From Thermoanaerobaculia bacterium (GTDB taxonomy: Bacteria; Acidobacteriota; Thermoanaerobaculia; Multivoradales; UBA5704): a stretch of 64,000 nucleotides of DNA. The notes under the pieces are model-generated. The model saw only the letters and a program-made list of their open reading frames with translations. It was not told the origin of the DNA and made no database searches. Made by a program: the position numbers and the translations under genes. Shown here in pieces: positions 9,701 through 17,487 of this stretch. The stretch spans positions 19,187 through 83,186 of the forward strand of contig DASUEN010000083.1 of NCBI GenBank assembly GCA_036275055.1, written 5' to 3'. Every line of letters begins with the position of its first letter. The first letter of the stretch is position 1.

Positions 9701-10045
9701 GAGGACGGTGACCTGCTTGCGCTCCCCCTCAAGGGCGGATTTGGACTGGAGGACCTGGGCGGCGAGATGGGAGGGCGTATAGCTTTGGACTGGAGAAGCG
9801 AGGCGGGGTGCTTCAGGGGGCGGCGGAGGGGGGAGCGCCTCCGCCTTGGCCGCCCCGAGGGGGGAGCCGCACTCGCCGCAGAACTTGAAGCCGGGGAGGT
9901 TCTCAGTGCCGCACTGCGGGCAGAGGGCGGCCAGCTTCGCGCCGCACTGGCCGCAGAACTTCATGCCGGCGGGGTTGTCGAACTGGCAGTGTGGGCAATG
10001 CATGGGTTGTGGCGGTGGTTCGCAGGCCAGATTACCTTCACCCAC
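6683..10045 (-). CDS. Class III adenylate/guanylate cyclase fused to an AAA/STAND ATPase and TPR-like region, with N-terminal double zinc ribbon
   Basis: Zinc ribbons CPHCQF..CGQCG..CPQCG..CGECG. Cyclase core ERKQVTVLFCDLVGSTSLAE...FLGDGFMALFGAP...GINTGWVVVGG. P-loop AAEAGSGKSRL. Long helical-repeat C-terminus. The start is either GTG 10045 or ATG 10003 and is not resolved. Confidence 0.85.
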   Translation of the reverse strand: MGEGNLACEPPPQPMHCPHCQFDNPAGMKFCGQCGAKLAALCPQCGTENLPGFKFCGECGSPLGAAKAEALPPPPPPEAPRLASPVQSYTPSHLAAQVLQSKSALEGERKQVTVLFCDLVGSTSLAERLGPETMHLLLNRFFELALSEVHRYEGTINQFLGDGFMALFGAPIAHEDHARRAALAALGLQKLLAEHHAELGERGGVELRFRMGINTGWVVVGGIGDQLRRDYTAIGDTTNLAARLQQLAEPGAILVSEDTSRFLQGSARLEAIPPLQVKGKETPVRAFRLMGVGLLLQSEDAVLGSTARSPFVGRRREMAILEELRERAAAGEGQVVGIAAEAGSGKSRLVYEFRRRLWNRPVLHLAGRCLSYTSGVPYLPILYMLRNAWEIGEADDAAAVVAKVMAGLRRAEMEVAEALPYVLYLFGIREGTEALAELSPQALQTRTFRLLRQAILNESRRRLVVLEIEDLHWVDRTSEDFLSLLVEGLFAAHVLLIATYRSGYRPPWIEKSNATQISLARLTDAESEAVVRAVLRRAELPENLVAEVRGKAEGNPFFLEELARSLLEHPGVSVPDTIQGVVMARIDRLPDDHKRLLQTASVLGREFPLNLLAAVWEQVDNLPSLLSDLKRWEFLYEEPTAEEPRYLFKHALTQEAVYQTLLTGRRQALHTAAGQAFESLFAGRLEDVYDALAYHYSEAGEAGKAVSYLALFAAQAARRYAHAEAERALREALAHCERLPQTEADRRRMELVLLLAESLFPLARFPETLELFLAERDLLDRLQDSTLAGRYHFWLAHTYSYLGDQEAAAANARLSIEAARRSGDAITEGRAWYVLCRDAFWSGRFSEGIEHGRQAVDLLERSADRWWQGQAYWVAGFHHYVLGQFGEAFRRMEKAEAAWRALQDPRLDPSWSTGYFHASLGEYERGIEECKGGLERAQDPLNTAAALGFLGYAYLEKGDLPKATEALEGSVERLRRAGMKQLLGWFSAFLAEARLLSDRPDEARVLAREALAVTEEVRFRYGSGMAQRALGRIARAAGDREEAERWLGEAVESFKAIAAPFEVARTRLDLALAAGAGSNGAAWQLGEARRTFAELGLRVYVEKTDRLAGDLAPAKEETSK

Positions 10046-10154
10046 CAGTCGCCGTGCTCTTAGCAGTTAACGCCTAATCCTACACGCCAAAACGAAGCGT
10101 AGGAGAATTATACCCTTGGCCTTGCTCTGGAAGCCACGAATTTAGAACCAAGAA

Positions 10155-10185
10155 GTGGGCATTCGGCTACTCTCCTCATGCCCAC
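10155..10185 (-). terminator. Candidate intrinsic terminator downstream of the island precursor gene
   Basis: On the minus strand: GTGGGCAT, a 15-nt loop, ATGCCCAC, then TTCTTGGTTCT. It starts about 45 nt after the stop at 10231. Confidence 0.4.
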
Positions 10186-10230
10186 TATCTCCCGATGTGT
10201 GCAATAGCACGGCCTAATAACAGACAGTCA

Positions 10231-10443
10231 CTAGGTATCCCTAATGGAGTCAAACGCCTCCGACTGACCAATACCAGTTCTCTCAGGGTGGTCACAGTAC
10301 GTAATCACTCCTCCTCCTCCTCCATCTACTGGTTCCAGTTCCATACCCCCAGAAACGCCCTCAAGCGCCTCATCTGTCAACGGAGCCTGGAACAGTTCGT
10401 CATCAATGTTCTCCATCTTTGGATCCCTTGCCTCTAGCTCCAT
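10231..10443 (-). CDS. Double-glycine leader RiPP precursor (70 aa) of the ATP-grasp/SPASM island
   Basis: ATG at 10443 lies 6 nt after AAGGAG on the minus strand. The leader MELEARDPKMENIDDELFQAPLTDEALEGVSGG is followed by the core MELEPVDGGGGGVITYCDHPERTGIGQSEAFDSIRDT, which is rich in Thr/Ser and Asp/Glu (ATP-grasp cross-link partners) and has one Cys. Confidence 0.65.
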   Translation of the reverse strand: MELEARDPKMENIDDELFQAPLTDEALEGVSGGMELEPVDGGGGGVITYCDHPERTGIGQSEAFDSIRDT

Positions 10444-11046
10444 GAGTAACTCCTTTGCTCTGCGGCAGGTCCAATACCTGCGCACCTCCTACTCTAAGCC
10501 CCAGCGAACTCCCTGTCAATCCTAAAAAAGCGCTAAGGGAGGCGACCCGAGATCAGGACCTGCAAGACAGCGTTAAATATACTCTCATCGGAGATTTTTC
10601 GCCGTACTGGAAAACCTGCCACGAGCGTCGATCAACTCATCGGCCGGCTCGTCAGGAAAGCCGGCCGGAAACGCGTGCAGCACATCGGCGAAGGCCAGGC
10701 CTCCCCACCAAACGAAGCAAGCCAGCATCGCGGGGGAGCATTCCCCTGTCTTCTACTCTCTCTTGCTGCCACCTGAATCAGGACTACGGGGTGGAATTTG
10801 TCGAACTCGCTGAAGCCTCCTGCGGCGGCGAAGAGACTAAGACTGCTCACCAACTACTCCTCCGGTCTAGGGCCAGCATCGCCTCAGACACCAGGGTCGA
10901 CTCCTCGCGAGCCGTCAGGTCTATCGACTACGGGTAGTCTTAAACGCAAAGGGCAGAATGCCCTAGGCCCGCCGAAGCCTTGCCTCACCCCCAGGGGTGC
11001 ACGACTCCACGAGCCGCACGGTGGTGCGGATCACGGCTTTATGCTG

Positions 11047-11075
11047 TTGCCTGTACACGAATGTCCTAGTATGCT
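11047..11075 (+). promoter_or_regulatory. Candidate sigma70-type promoter upstream of the ATP-grasp gene
   Basis: TTGCCT (11047..11052), 17-nt spacer, TATGCT (11070..11075). This would give a 5' UTR of about 165 nt. Sequence match only. Confidence 0.25.
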
Positions 11076-11244
11076 ACGCTTATGTTCCGGAACTCACCGG
11101 CAGCACTGCTCCGGGAAAGTCAGCGTCTCGCTTTAGCACCGGCCACTGACTAGCCCCATGCCGGGTTCGGGATGGATTTACTTTAGCCAAGCAGGGCCGC
11201 TGTGATCGCCCGCAGCGTTCCGGCAAGGTCAATCCTGAGAGGAA

Positions 11245-12291
11245 ATGGCTACTATTATGTCACTGTATAATGCTCAAGAGGGCTCAATCCTAATTCTCAG
11301 CCAAGGTTCAGGAGAAACCACAACAGATATTGTCATGGAGTACCTGTTCCGCATGGGCCTATCGCCATTGCGCCTCAACGGAAGTGACCTTGATAGCCAG
11401 GGTAATTTTAGCATAGTTCTCAAGACGGGCGAAGCGGAGATAGATATCGAGGAATTCAAGGTTAATCTGCATCAGATTCAAGTAGTCTGGTTCCGCCGAT
11501 GGTCGGAGCGGCAGCCATTCCAAGGAATCAATATGCTTTCGGAAAATTCGCCAGAGAGTCACGATGTCTCCCAACGCGCCGCCGAACACCTTTCATCAGA
11601 ATTACGGAGGATCAGCTCTTTCCTTTTTTCCGAACTAAAACATGCAATATGGCTTAGCCACCCAAGCACTGCGAGCCCAGACAAGCTCAGAACATTAAAG
11701 CTTGCAGCAAGCGTCGGACTCTCAACACCCCACACATTAGTGACTACAAGCAGAAAACGGTTGCTACAATTCGCCCATCACCATCCCCTAATCACAAAGG
11801 CGATCGGTGATGTCGATTTTTTCCAGATAGGGTTCACCGCTCATCTAATGTACACCCAGGAACTTTCGGCAGACCTACTCGATGCACTTCCGGAAAAATT
11901 TTTCCCCTCATTATTTCAAGAAAAGCTAGAGAAACGGTATGAGCTAAGAATTTTCTACCTTGCCGGGAATTGCTATACATCAGCAATATTCTCGCAATCG
12001 GACCCCAAAACATCTATCGATTTTAGGAAATATAATCATAAAAAACCCAATAGGGTGGTGCCCTATAAATTAGAAGCTGACATGGAAGACAAAATTAGAC
12101 ACCTAATGGACTTATTAGAACTCGAAACAGGTTCACTCGATCTAATTAAGACAATCGACGGGCGCCTTGTCTTTCTCGAGGTTAACCCAATCGGCCAATT
12201 TGGGATGGTCTCTTCCCCTTGCAATTATCATCTAGAGCATAGGGTCGCCGAGTTCCTCGCGGAGAAAATCAACAATGCAAGACCTAGATAA
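11245..12291 (+). CDS. ATP-grasp ribosomal peptide maturase (grasp-with-spasm type)
   Basis: Matches to MdnC-like RiPP ATP-grasp ligases as I recall them: ILILSQGSGETTTDIVMEYL, DKLRTLKLAASVGLSTPHTLVTTS, FQEKLEKRYELRIFYLAGNCY, IDFRKYNHKKPNRVVPYKL, GSLDLIKTIDGRLVFLEVNPIGQFG. Confidence 0.85.
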   Translation: MATIMSLYNAQEGSILILSQGSGETTTDIVMEYLFRMGLSPLRLNGSDLDSQGNFSIVLKTGEAEIDIEEFKVNLHQIQVVWFRRWSERQPFQGINMLSENSPESHDVSQRAAEHLSSELRRISSFLFSELKHAIWLSHPSTASPDKLRTLKLAASVGLSTPHTLVTTSRKRLLQFAHHHPLITKAIGDVDFFQIGFTAHLMYTQELSADLLDALPEKFFPSLFQEKLEKRYELRIFYLAGNCYTSAIFSQSDPKTSIDFRKYNHKKPNRVVPYKLEADMEDKIRHLMDLLELETGSLDLIKTIDGRLVFLEVNPIGQFGMVSSPCNYHLEHRVAEFLAEKINNARPR

Positions 12292-13558
12292 TTTCCTAAG
12301 TCAACTGAAGGAAGATGCAAGTAATTGGACGCCTGTCTCCTTCCGGACAACGAGCAAATCGGAACTGGAAGCATTACCGCTGTCTCGTTATGCGGAGTCG
12401 ACGCGCTACAGATCGGCACAATACAGATGCTTCAACTTCCACAAGCCTATATCAAGAATTTTTAAAGCTATCCCTCGCATAAAAAGAGGAAGTGAACTCC
12501 CCGAAACAGAGCGCACCCGACCGACGATCAACTCGACAGCCCCAGTTACGGACGAGCAAATTTTTCTCCTCTTTGCGTGTTGTGTGCCTGTAATGGGAGC
12601 TCGCCGAAGCATAATCTGCGATCTTCAACGAGGCGCCTTCCAGTTGATACCTAACGGCTTAGCCGAGATCCTCAAGCAGTATAGAGGAAAGACTCTCGCC
12701 GCGATCAAAGACGCCTACAAGCACCAATACGATGCTCAAATTGAGCGATATTTTGAGTTCTTGATAGAACTTGAGCTTGGTTTCTGGTGCGACGATATCG
12801 ATGCTTTCTCCGAGATCGATTTTAGCTGGGACGAGCCGGAGCGTATAACTAATGCGCTCATTGATGTCGACGAGCGATCTGAGCACGACTTCGGTGTTAT
12901 CCTAAGAGATCTCGACGATCTAGGTTGTAAAGCGCTTCAGGTACGCTTTTATTCTGGCGGGCGAATTCTGCAACTCCGCGAACTACTTACGGCAGCCAAG
13001 GGTACCTGCTTGCGCTCAATTGAGCTAGTCGCACCATTTCACAGTGAAGACACCGATCAAGACTACATCCGGATGTACCTCGACTTTCCGCGCATCAGCC
13101 GCCTAATAATTCATTCCGCTCCCGATGATCGTGAACTCAAAACGGAACGCTCTCATGTACCGCTTATCTATAGAAGAATGATAATTGACTCCTCCTCTTG
13201 CTGCGGGGAGGTGCACCCCTCGTACTTCGTCACGCAGATCTCTACCTTTTCCGAGGCTCAAACCTTTAACACCTGCCTGAACCATAAGATTTCTATCGAT
13301 AGATGTGGAGAGATTAAAAATTGCCCCTCTTTACCGTACTCGTGTGGAAACATCCGGGACACTTCTCTACATAGTGCTTTAGCTCAGAGCGACTTCAAAC
13401 AACTGTGGGCTATAAATAAAGACCAAATCGAGATATGTAAGGATTGTGAGTTTCGGTATATCTGCGTCGATTGCCGGGCATACTTATCACGCCCGGAAGA
13501 TCGCTTCTCAAAGCCTGCGAAGTGTACTTATGATCCGTATTCTGCCCAATGGCGATAA
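12275..13558 (+). CDS. SPASM-domain peptide maturase partner of the ATP-grasp enzyme, lacking a canonical radical-SAM CX3CX2C motif
   Basis: The ATG overlaps the ATP-grasp stop by 17 nt. The C-terminal Cys-rich SPASM pattern is CLNHKISIDRCGEIKNCPSLPYSCGNI ... ICKDCEFRYICVDCRAY ... KCTYDPY. The N-terminal half has only ACCVPVMGARRSIIC. Confidence 0.8.
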   Translation: MQDLDNFLSQLKEDASNWTPVSFRTTSKSELEALPLSRYAESTRYRSAQYRCFNFHKPISRIFKAIPRIKRGSELPETERTRPTINSTAPVTDEQIFLLFACCVPVMGARRSIICDLQRGAFQLIPNGLAEILKQYRGKTLAAIKDAYKHQYDAQIERYFEFLIELELGFWCDDIDAFSEIDFSWDEPERITNALIDVDERSEHDFGVILRDLDDLGCKALQVRFYSGGRILQLRELLTAAKGTCLRSIELVAPFHSEDTDQDYIRMYLDFPRISRLIIHSAPDDRELKTERSHVPLIYRRMIIDSSSCCGEVHPSYFVTQISTFSEAQTFNTCLNHKISIDRCGEIKNCPSLPYSCGNIRDTSLHSALAQSDFKQLWAINKDQIEICKDCEFRYICVDCRAYLSRPEDRFSKPAKCTYDPYSAQWR

Positions 13559-13821
13559 ATGTAAACTCGACCTTCCTCAACGTCGGCGGTGCTTACAACC
13601 AATACAGCCGTTTAAGTAATTTGTAGACAGAGCGGAGCGGCGATCTCGCAGCCACCGAGTGACAGAAACAGAGAGGCTTTTCCAGCCCAAACAGTGCCCG
13701 ATCGATGCAGAGCCAAATGAACCTATCCTCGAGACGATCAAGCTGGGTCAGACCCTGGCACGCAACAATTGCTTGGCCAAACCGCTCGCTGGAAAGCAGT
13801 CTGCGTCCAGCGTCGATGAGG

Positions 13822-14436
13822 CTACGTCACCATAATCTTTTTCACCATTCTGCCGAACCGCTCCCCCGCCAGGTAGACGCCGTCGAACACGTTCGCGTCC
13901 AGCTCATCGGCGTCATATTCCTCCTCCTCACCGTCCACAACCACCCCTGTGCCAAGGTCGCGGTGCAGCTCCCGGACCGTCGCCCTTGGAGAGCGCGAAA
14001 ACCGTCGAGTCCTCCAGGGCTTTGACCGTGGCGGAGGGGGCCCGGGCGTCCACGAAGGACATCTCGTCCACGATCTCGCCGGCGTTGAGGCGGGCGAGCT
14101 CCCTCTCCGGTCCCCGGTGGGGCCGGAGGGAGACGGCCAGCCTTCCTTCCAGCAGGATGAAGACGGAGTCCACCGGCACGCCCTGCTCGATGAGGGCGCC
14201 TCCCGCGGGGACGAACCGCTTCTGGCCAGCGCGGAGCATCCACTCCCCTGCTCGGTGACCCGTCCTCCCTTGATGACGTAGATGCGGTCGGCGTTCTGGA
14301 TGGTGCTCAGGCGGTGGGCGATGACGATGCGTGTAGCCTTCAGGCGCTCCAGTTTGCGGCTGACGATCTCCTGGGTACGGTTGTCGAGGGCGCTCTCGTG
14401 GCCTCGTCGAAGAGAAGGATGCGCGGTCGGTGCACG
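13822..14436 (-). pseudogene. Decayed duplicate of the exporter operon 3' end (cNMP-binding protein plus C-terminus of the second ABC ATPase)
   Basis: Collinear nucleotide similarity to 20085..20895 with two internal deletions. Translated fragments: DGVYLAGERFGRMVKKIMVT, MLRAGQKRFVPAGGALIEQGVPVDSVFILLEGRLAVSLRP...LARLNAGEIVDEMSFVDARAPSATV, and NRTQEIVSRKLERLKATRIVIAHRLSTIQNADRIYVIKGGRVTEQG. The fragments lie in different frames. Confidence 0.75.
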
Positions 14437-14621
14437 CCGCTTAGAGAGGCACCACCCCCGCCAAGCGGAGGACGGGGCGGCCCCACAGCCGGCGCGCCTA
14501 ACAGGCCGTGCTACATGGCCATGTAGTTCCACTCCGGCGAGCCCGGCCCGCACCCCCGAGGAGGGTGTCCGCCCGAATCTGTCGAGGCGAAGAAGTCCCG
14601 ATTTAATTCTTTATGAAAAAT

Positions 14622-14650
14622 TTGCTTTTGGCTTCTCGTTCGTGTAAGGT
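14622..14650 (+). promoter_or_regulatory. Candidate promoter of the LanB-like gene in a short AT-rich patch
   Basis: TTGCTT (14622..14627), 17-nt spacer, TAAGGT (14645..14650). GAGGG (14658..14662) precedes ATG 14668. Sequence match only. Confidence 0.3.
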
Positions 14651-14667
14651 GCAAATCGAGGGTCGAA

Positions 14668-17487
14668 ATGACGATGGGTTTTTCTTTGATTACACGCTCC
14701 GACGACGCACTGGGCGAAGGCTTCCGGGAAGACTCGGCCTCTCCTGCGGGCCTGTCCGCCCCCCCGGTGGTCGTACGGATCGCGGGCCTCCCTGCACAGG
14801 CTCTCGAGCCCCTCACGAGCCCCTCCTGCGTCGCGCTGCTGCAAGCCCGCGAGCCTCTCAAGGAGGAGATCGGAGACGCCAGGCGATCGATGGCCGAGGC
14901 GATCGGCAACGCCCTTCCGAGGTTCGACGCTACGATCCGCGGCTTTTTGCTCACGATAAAAAGGAACTGCTTCAACGGTCGTGCCATCGAGCCGCTCCGC
15001 AGGAAAGCGGAGTGGGCCGAGCTTCTCCAGGTCTCGCCGGACCTGGCGGAGCGCATCGTGGCCCTCGAAGAGCAGCTCGACGAGAACGACCGTGCGCTCG
15101 CCACCCTTTACGAGAGCGAGCTCACTCGCGAACGGCGCCACGTCCTGACGCTGGCGGAGGATCGCCGTTTTCTCCGTGGCATTGCCCTGGGAAGACCCGG
15201 CCTGGTGGAGAAAATCCGCGCTCGGGCCCCTTCTCTCGCCGCTTCGGGATCTCTGAGAAGTCCGGAGAAGTGGGAACAGAGCCTCCTGCGTTTCGTGACC
15301 CGGGCCGCGGCGAAGCTGTCCGCCAACTCGACGCTCACCGCCTACGGTCTGGGGAGCATTCAAGACTCCCCGTCCCCGGTGGGCTTACGGTTCGCCGGCT
15401 CTCCTCAACGGGAGGTTTCCCTGGTGCGCGTCAACCGCCCGGAGCTCGAGCAGCTCCAGGCGCTCCTGCTGCGGCACCCGGCGGTGCGAGAGCGCGCTCT
15501 CGTCGCCTGGAACGACAGCCTCGAGGAGCTCGAGCCCGGCCAATATCGTTTCCTGCGCGATGGCCACTGGAAGCTCGAGCCCGGAGCGGAAGAATTTCAC
15601 TTCGTTCTGCCCGCGAGGGTCAAGGTGACGCTTTCCAACGCGGTGCTGGGCACTGCCCGAGAGGCCCTGCGAGTGTGTACGCTCCGCTACGACGCCCTCT
15701 TGGCGCTGCTGGAAGACCGGCACGGGATTTCGGCCGGCGAAACGACCGCTCCGCCGATTCGGAGTGCCCTCGACCAACTCGTCGATCTCGGGCTCCTCAT
15801 CCTCATGCCGCCCTGGCCGACTCACGAAGCTCGGTTGGAGCAGCGGATCGGACGGTTCCTTCGCGCCCTGCCCGGCGAGCCTACCCTGCGCGCGACGGCA
15901 GACGCCCTGGACGAGCTTCTGGCACTCGAAGCGGGCTTCGCTTCGGCTCCTCGGCCCGAGAGCTCGGTCGCCGCCATGGAAGACGCCTTCTCGCGGCTTC
16001 TCAACACGGTCGTCCATCTGGCCGGGCACGAGGGTCCTCTCGCCACCCGGGCACACTTCTTCGAAGACGTGCTCCTGGAAGCAGCAGTCAGCTCCGGCGA
16101 CGATCGGGGAATCTTCCAAATCGCGTCACAGATGGCTCAGGAGATCCTTCAGACCGCACGGCTGGTCTCGCGCTTTGCCGGCCTGTTCAACGTTCGCCAC
16201 GACGTCCTGCACACCCTGGCCGCTTGGTGGCGGGAGCATGAGCCGAGGCGGCGAGAGGTCCCTTTCACCGAGATTGCTCGCGGGTTCGCCCCTCTTTGGA
16301 AGCAGTTCTTTCAATTCCACAAGACCGCGAACGAGGATGCCCTCAATACCTTCGACCCCCTGCACACGGACTCGCTCGAAAGGCTGCGGGAGAGGCGGGC
16401 AACGCTTCTCGCCGAATCCCGGGAGTTGCTGAGCACCTCGCCAACGAAGGACTTCCTGTCGTCGCGACAGCTCGCGGAGATGGTGGAGCCTCTACCCCGC
16501 CGCTATGCCCCCCAACTGGGCACGTGCGTCTTCATCCAACCCGTGGATGCCGAGGGTAACTCTTGGGTGCTCAACCGCCTACACGAAGGCACGGGGCGGT
16601 ATCTGAGCCGCGTCACTCCGATCCTGGAAGGGCCTCGGCAGCAGCGCTTCCTCAACCACCTCATCGCGAGATCGGTGGTCGAGTTGGAGGGAGAGGAAGC
16701 GGATCTCCTCGAGGTCAAGTATCCGTGGAGCCACCTGGTGAGAGCTCACCCGCCTCAGGCGGCAAAGGTCTTGGACCTCCGGGGACTGCACCTCGGCCTG
16801 CCGCCAGAGCGGAGGGTCGGCCTCGGCGATCTCACGATCCAGGCGGATCTCGATTCCGAAACCTTCCGATTGATCGACCCTTCGGGGCGCCGCGTGCTTC
16901 CTGTCAGCCTGAGCACCTTGTCCGACGCCGGGCTCCCGAACCTCCTGCGCTTTCTTCTGGCGTTCGGACCGGGCGAGACCCGTGCCGTCTTTCCGCTCAA
17001 CTCCTGGGAGGGCGAGGAGGATTTCAGATCCTTCCACCGCTTGACCTGCGGCACGCTGGTCCTGCGCCGCCATCGTTGGACGATCGGTATCGAGAAGCTC
17101 CGCGGTGACCTGGAAGCTCTTTCCGGCTTGCGAGCTTACGTTGCCATCCACGATTGGCGCCATCGGCTGGGCCTGCCGGCGGTGGGCTTCTACTACGAGC
17201 TCTCGTACCAGGGGATTCTCAAGCCGCAGTACGTCGATTTCCGCTCGCCGTCGCTGTGCCGGCTTTTCGTCGCCAGCCTGCAAAAGATGGCAACCGGGCA
17301 CCTGACCCTCGAGGAAGCCCTGCCGTCGCCCGCCGACTTCCCCTTCGACGCTTCGATGAACCGCCGAGGCTTCGAGCTTTTGATCGATAGTTTGGCGATC
17401 CGTACCGTGAACGGAAATTGCTCCGCCTGGGTACCGGACCGCAACCGAGAGAGTCTCTCTCTCAGAAGGGAAGTACAACATGTCTAA
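14668..17487 (+). CDS. Lantibiotic dehydratase, N-terminal (glutamylation) part only: split LanB, 939 aa
   Basis: N-terminal PPVVVRIAGLPAQALEPL and C-terminal FYYELSYQGILKPQYVDFRSPSLCRLF resemble Lant_dehydr_N family proteins. The size matches thiopeptide-type split dehydratases. There is no elimination domain at the C-terminus. Confidence 0.7.
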   Translation: MTMGFSLITRSDDALGEGFREDSASPAGLSAPPVVVRIAGLPAQALEPLTSPSCVALLQAREPLKEEIGDARRSMAEAIGNALPRFDATIRGFLLTIKRNCFNGRAIEPLRRKAEWAELLQVSPDLAERIVALEEQLDENDRALATLYESELTRERRHVLTLAEDRRFLRGIALGRPGLVEKIRARAPSLAASGSLRSPEKWEQSLLRFVTRAAAKLSANSTLTAYGLGSIQDSPSPVGLRFAGSPQREVSLVRVNRPELEQLQALLLRHPAVRERALVAWNDSLEELEPGQYRFLRDGHWKLEPGAEEFHFVLPARVKVTLSNAVLGTAREALRVCTLRYDALLALLEDRHGISAGETTAPPIRSALDQLVDLGLLILMPPWPTHEARLEQRIGRFLRALPGEPTLRATADALDELLALEAGFASAPRPESSVAAMEDAFSRLLNTVVHLAGHEGPLATRAHFFEDVLLEAAVSSGDDRGIFQIASQMAQEILQTARLVSRFAGLFNVRHDVLHTLAAWWREHEPRRREVPFTEIARGFAPLWKQFFQFHKTANEDALNTFDPLHTDSLERLRERRATLLAESRELLSTSPTKDFLSSRQLAEMVEPLPRRYAPQLGTCVFIQPVDAEGNSWVLNRLHEGTGRYLSRVTPILEGPRQQRFLNHLIARSVVELEGEEADLLEVKYPWSHLVRAHPPQAAKVLDLRGLHLGLPPERRVGLGDLTIQADLDSETFRLIDPSGRRVLPVSLSTLSDAGLPNLLRFLLAFGPGETRAVFPLNSWEGEEDFRSFHRLTCGTLVLRRHRWTIGIEKLRGDLEALSGLRAYVAIHDWRHRLGLPAVGFYYELSYQGILKPQYVDFRSPSLCRLFVASLQKMATGHLTLEEALPSPADFPFDASMNRRGFELLIDSLAIRTVNGNCSAWVPDRNRESLSLRREVQHV

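Larger units (their letters stand above)
10046..13821. other. Low-GC compositional island (probable horizontally acquired RiPP cassette) with no recognisable mobility gene
   Basis: Hand G+C counts of 60-nt lines give 25/60 (line 11941) and 21/60 (line 12001) inside, versus 43/60 (line 9901) and 43/60 (line 14701) outside. The drop begins immediately after the cyclase start codon. The rise occurs at the pseudogene at 13822. Confidence 0.7.

Noticed and set aside
10046-10230. tRNA or attachment site at the island boundary
   Set aside because: No cloverleaf-compatible sequence or GGTTCGAATCC-type T-arm was found at either edge (also checked 13559..13821).
10455-11136. ORFs 10455..10937, 10632..10853 and 10798..11136 in the left part of the island, as possible third cassette gene or extra precursors
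   Set aside because: They have no RBS, no GG-leader motif and poor coding composition, and they overlap each other. The region may be decayed DNA or a long 5' UTR, but I cannot support a gene.
13559-13821. Possible transposase/integrase remnant at the right edge of the island (minus-frame fragment ...QGLTQLDRLEDRFIWLCIDRALFGLEKPL...)
   Set aside because: It is too short, and I cannot match it to any transposase family from memory. No terminal repeats were seen.
14441-14667. Additional short precursor ORF upstream of the LanB-like gene (for example MKNLLLASRSCKVQIEG... at 14613)
   Set aside because: That ORF continues for 542 codons as Arg-rich junk in an alternative frame of the dehydratase gene. 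It has no GG leader motif.
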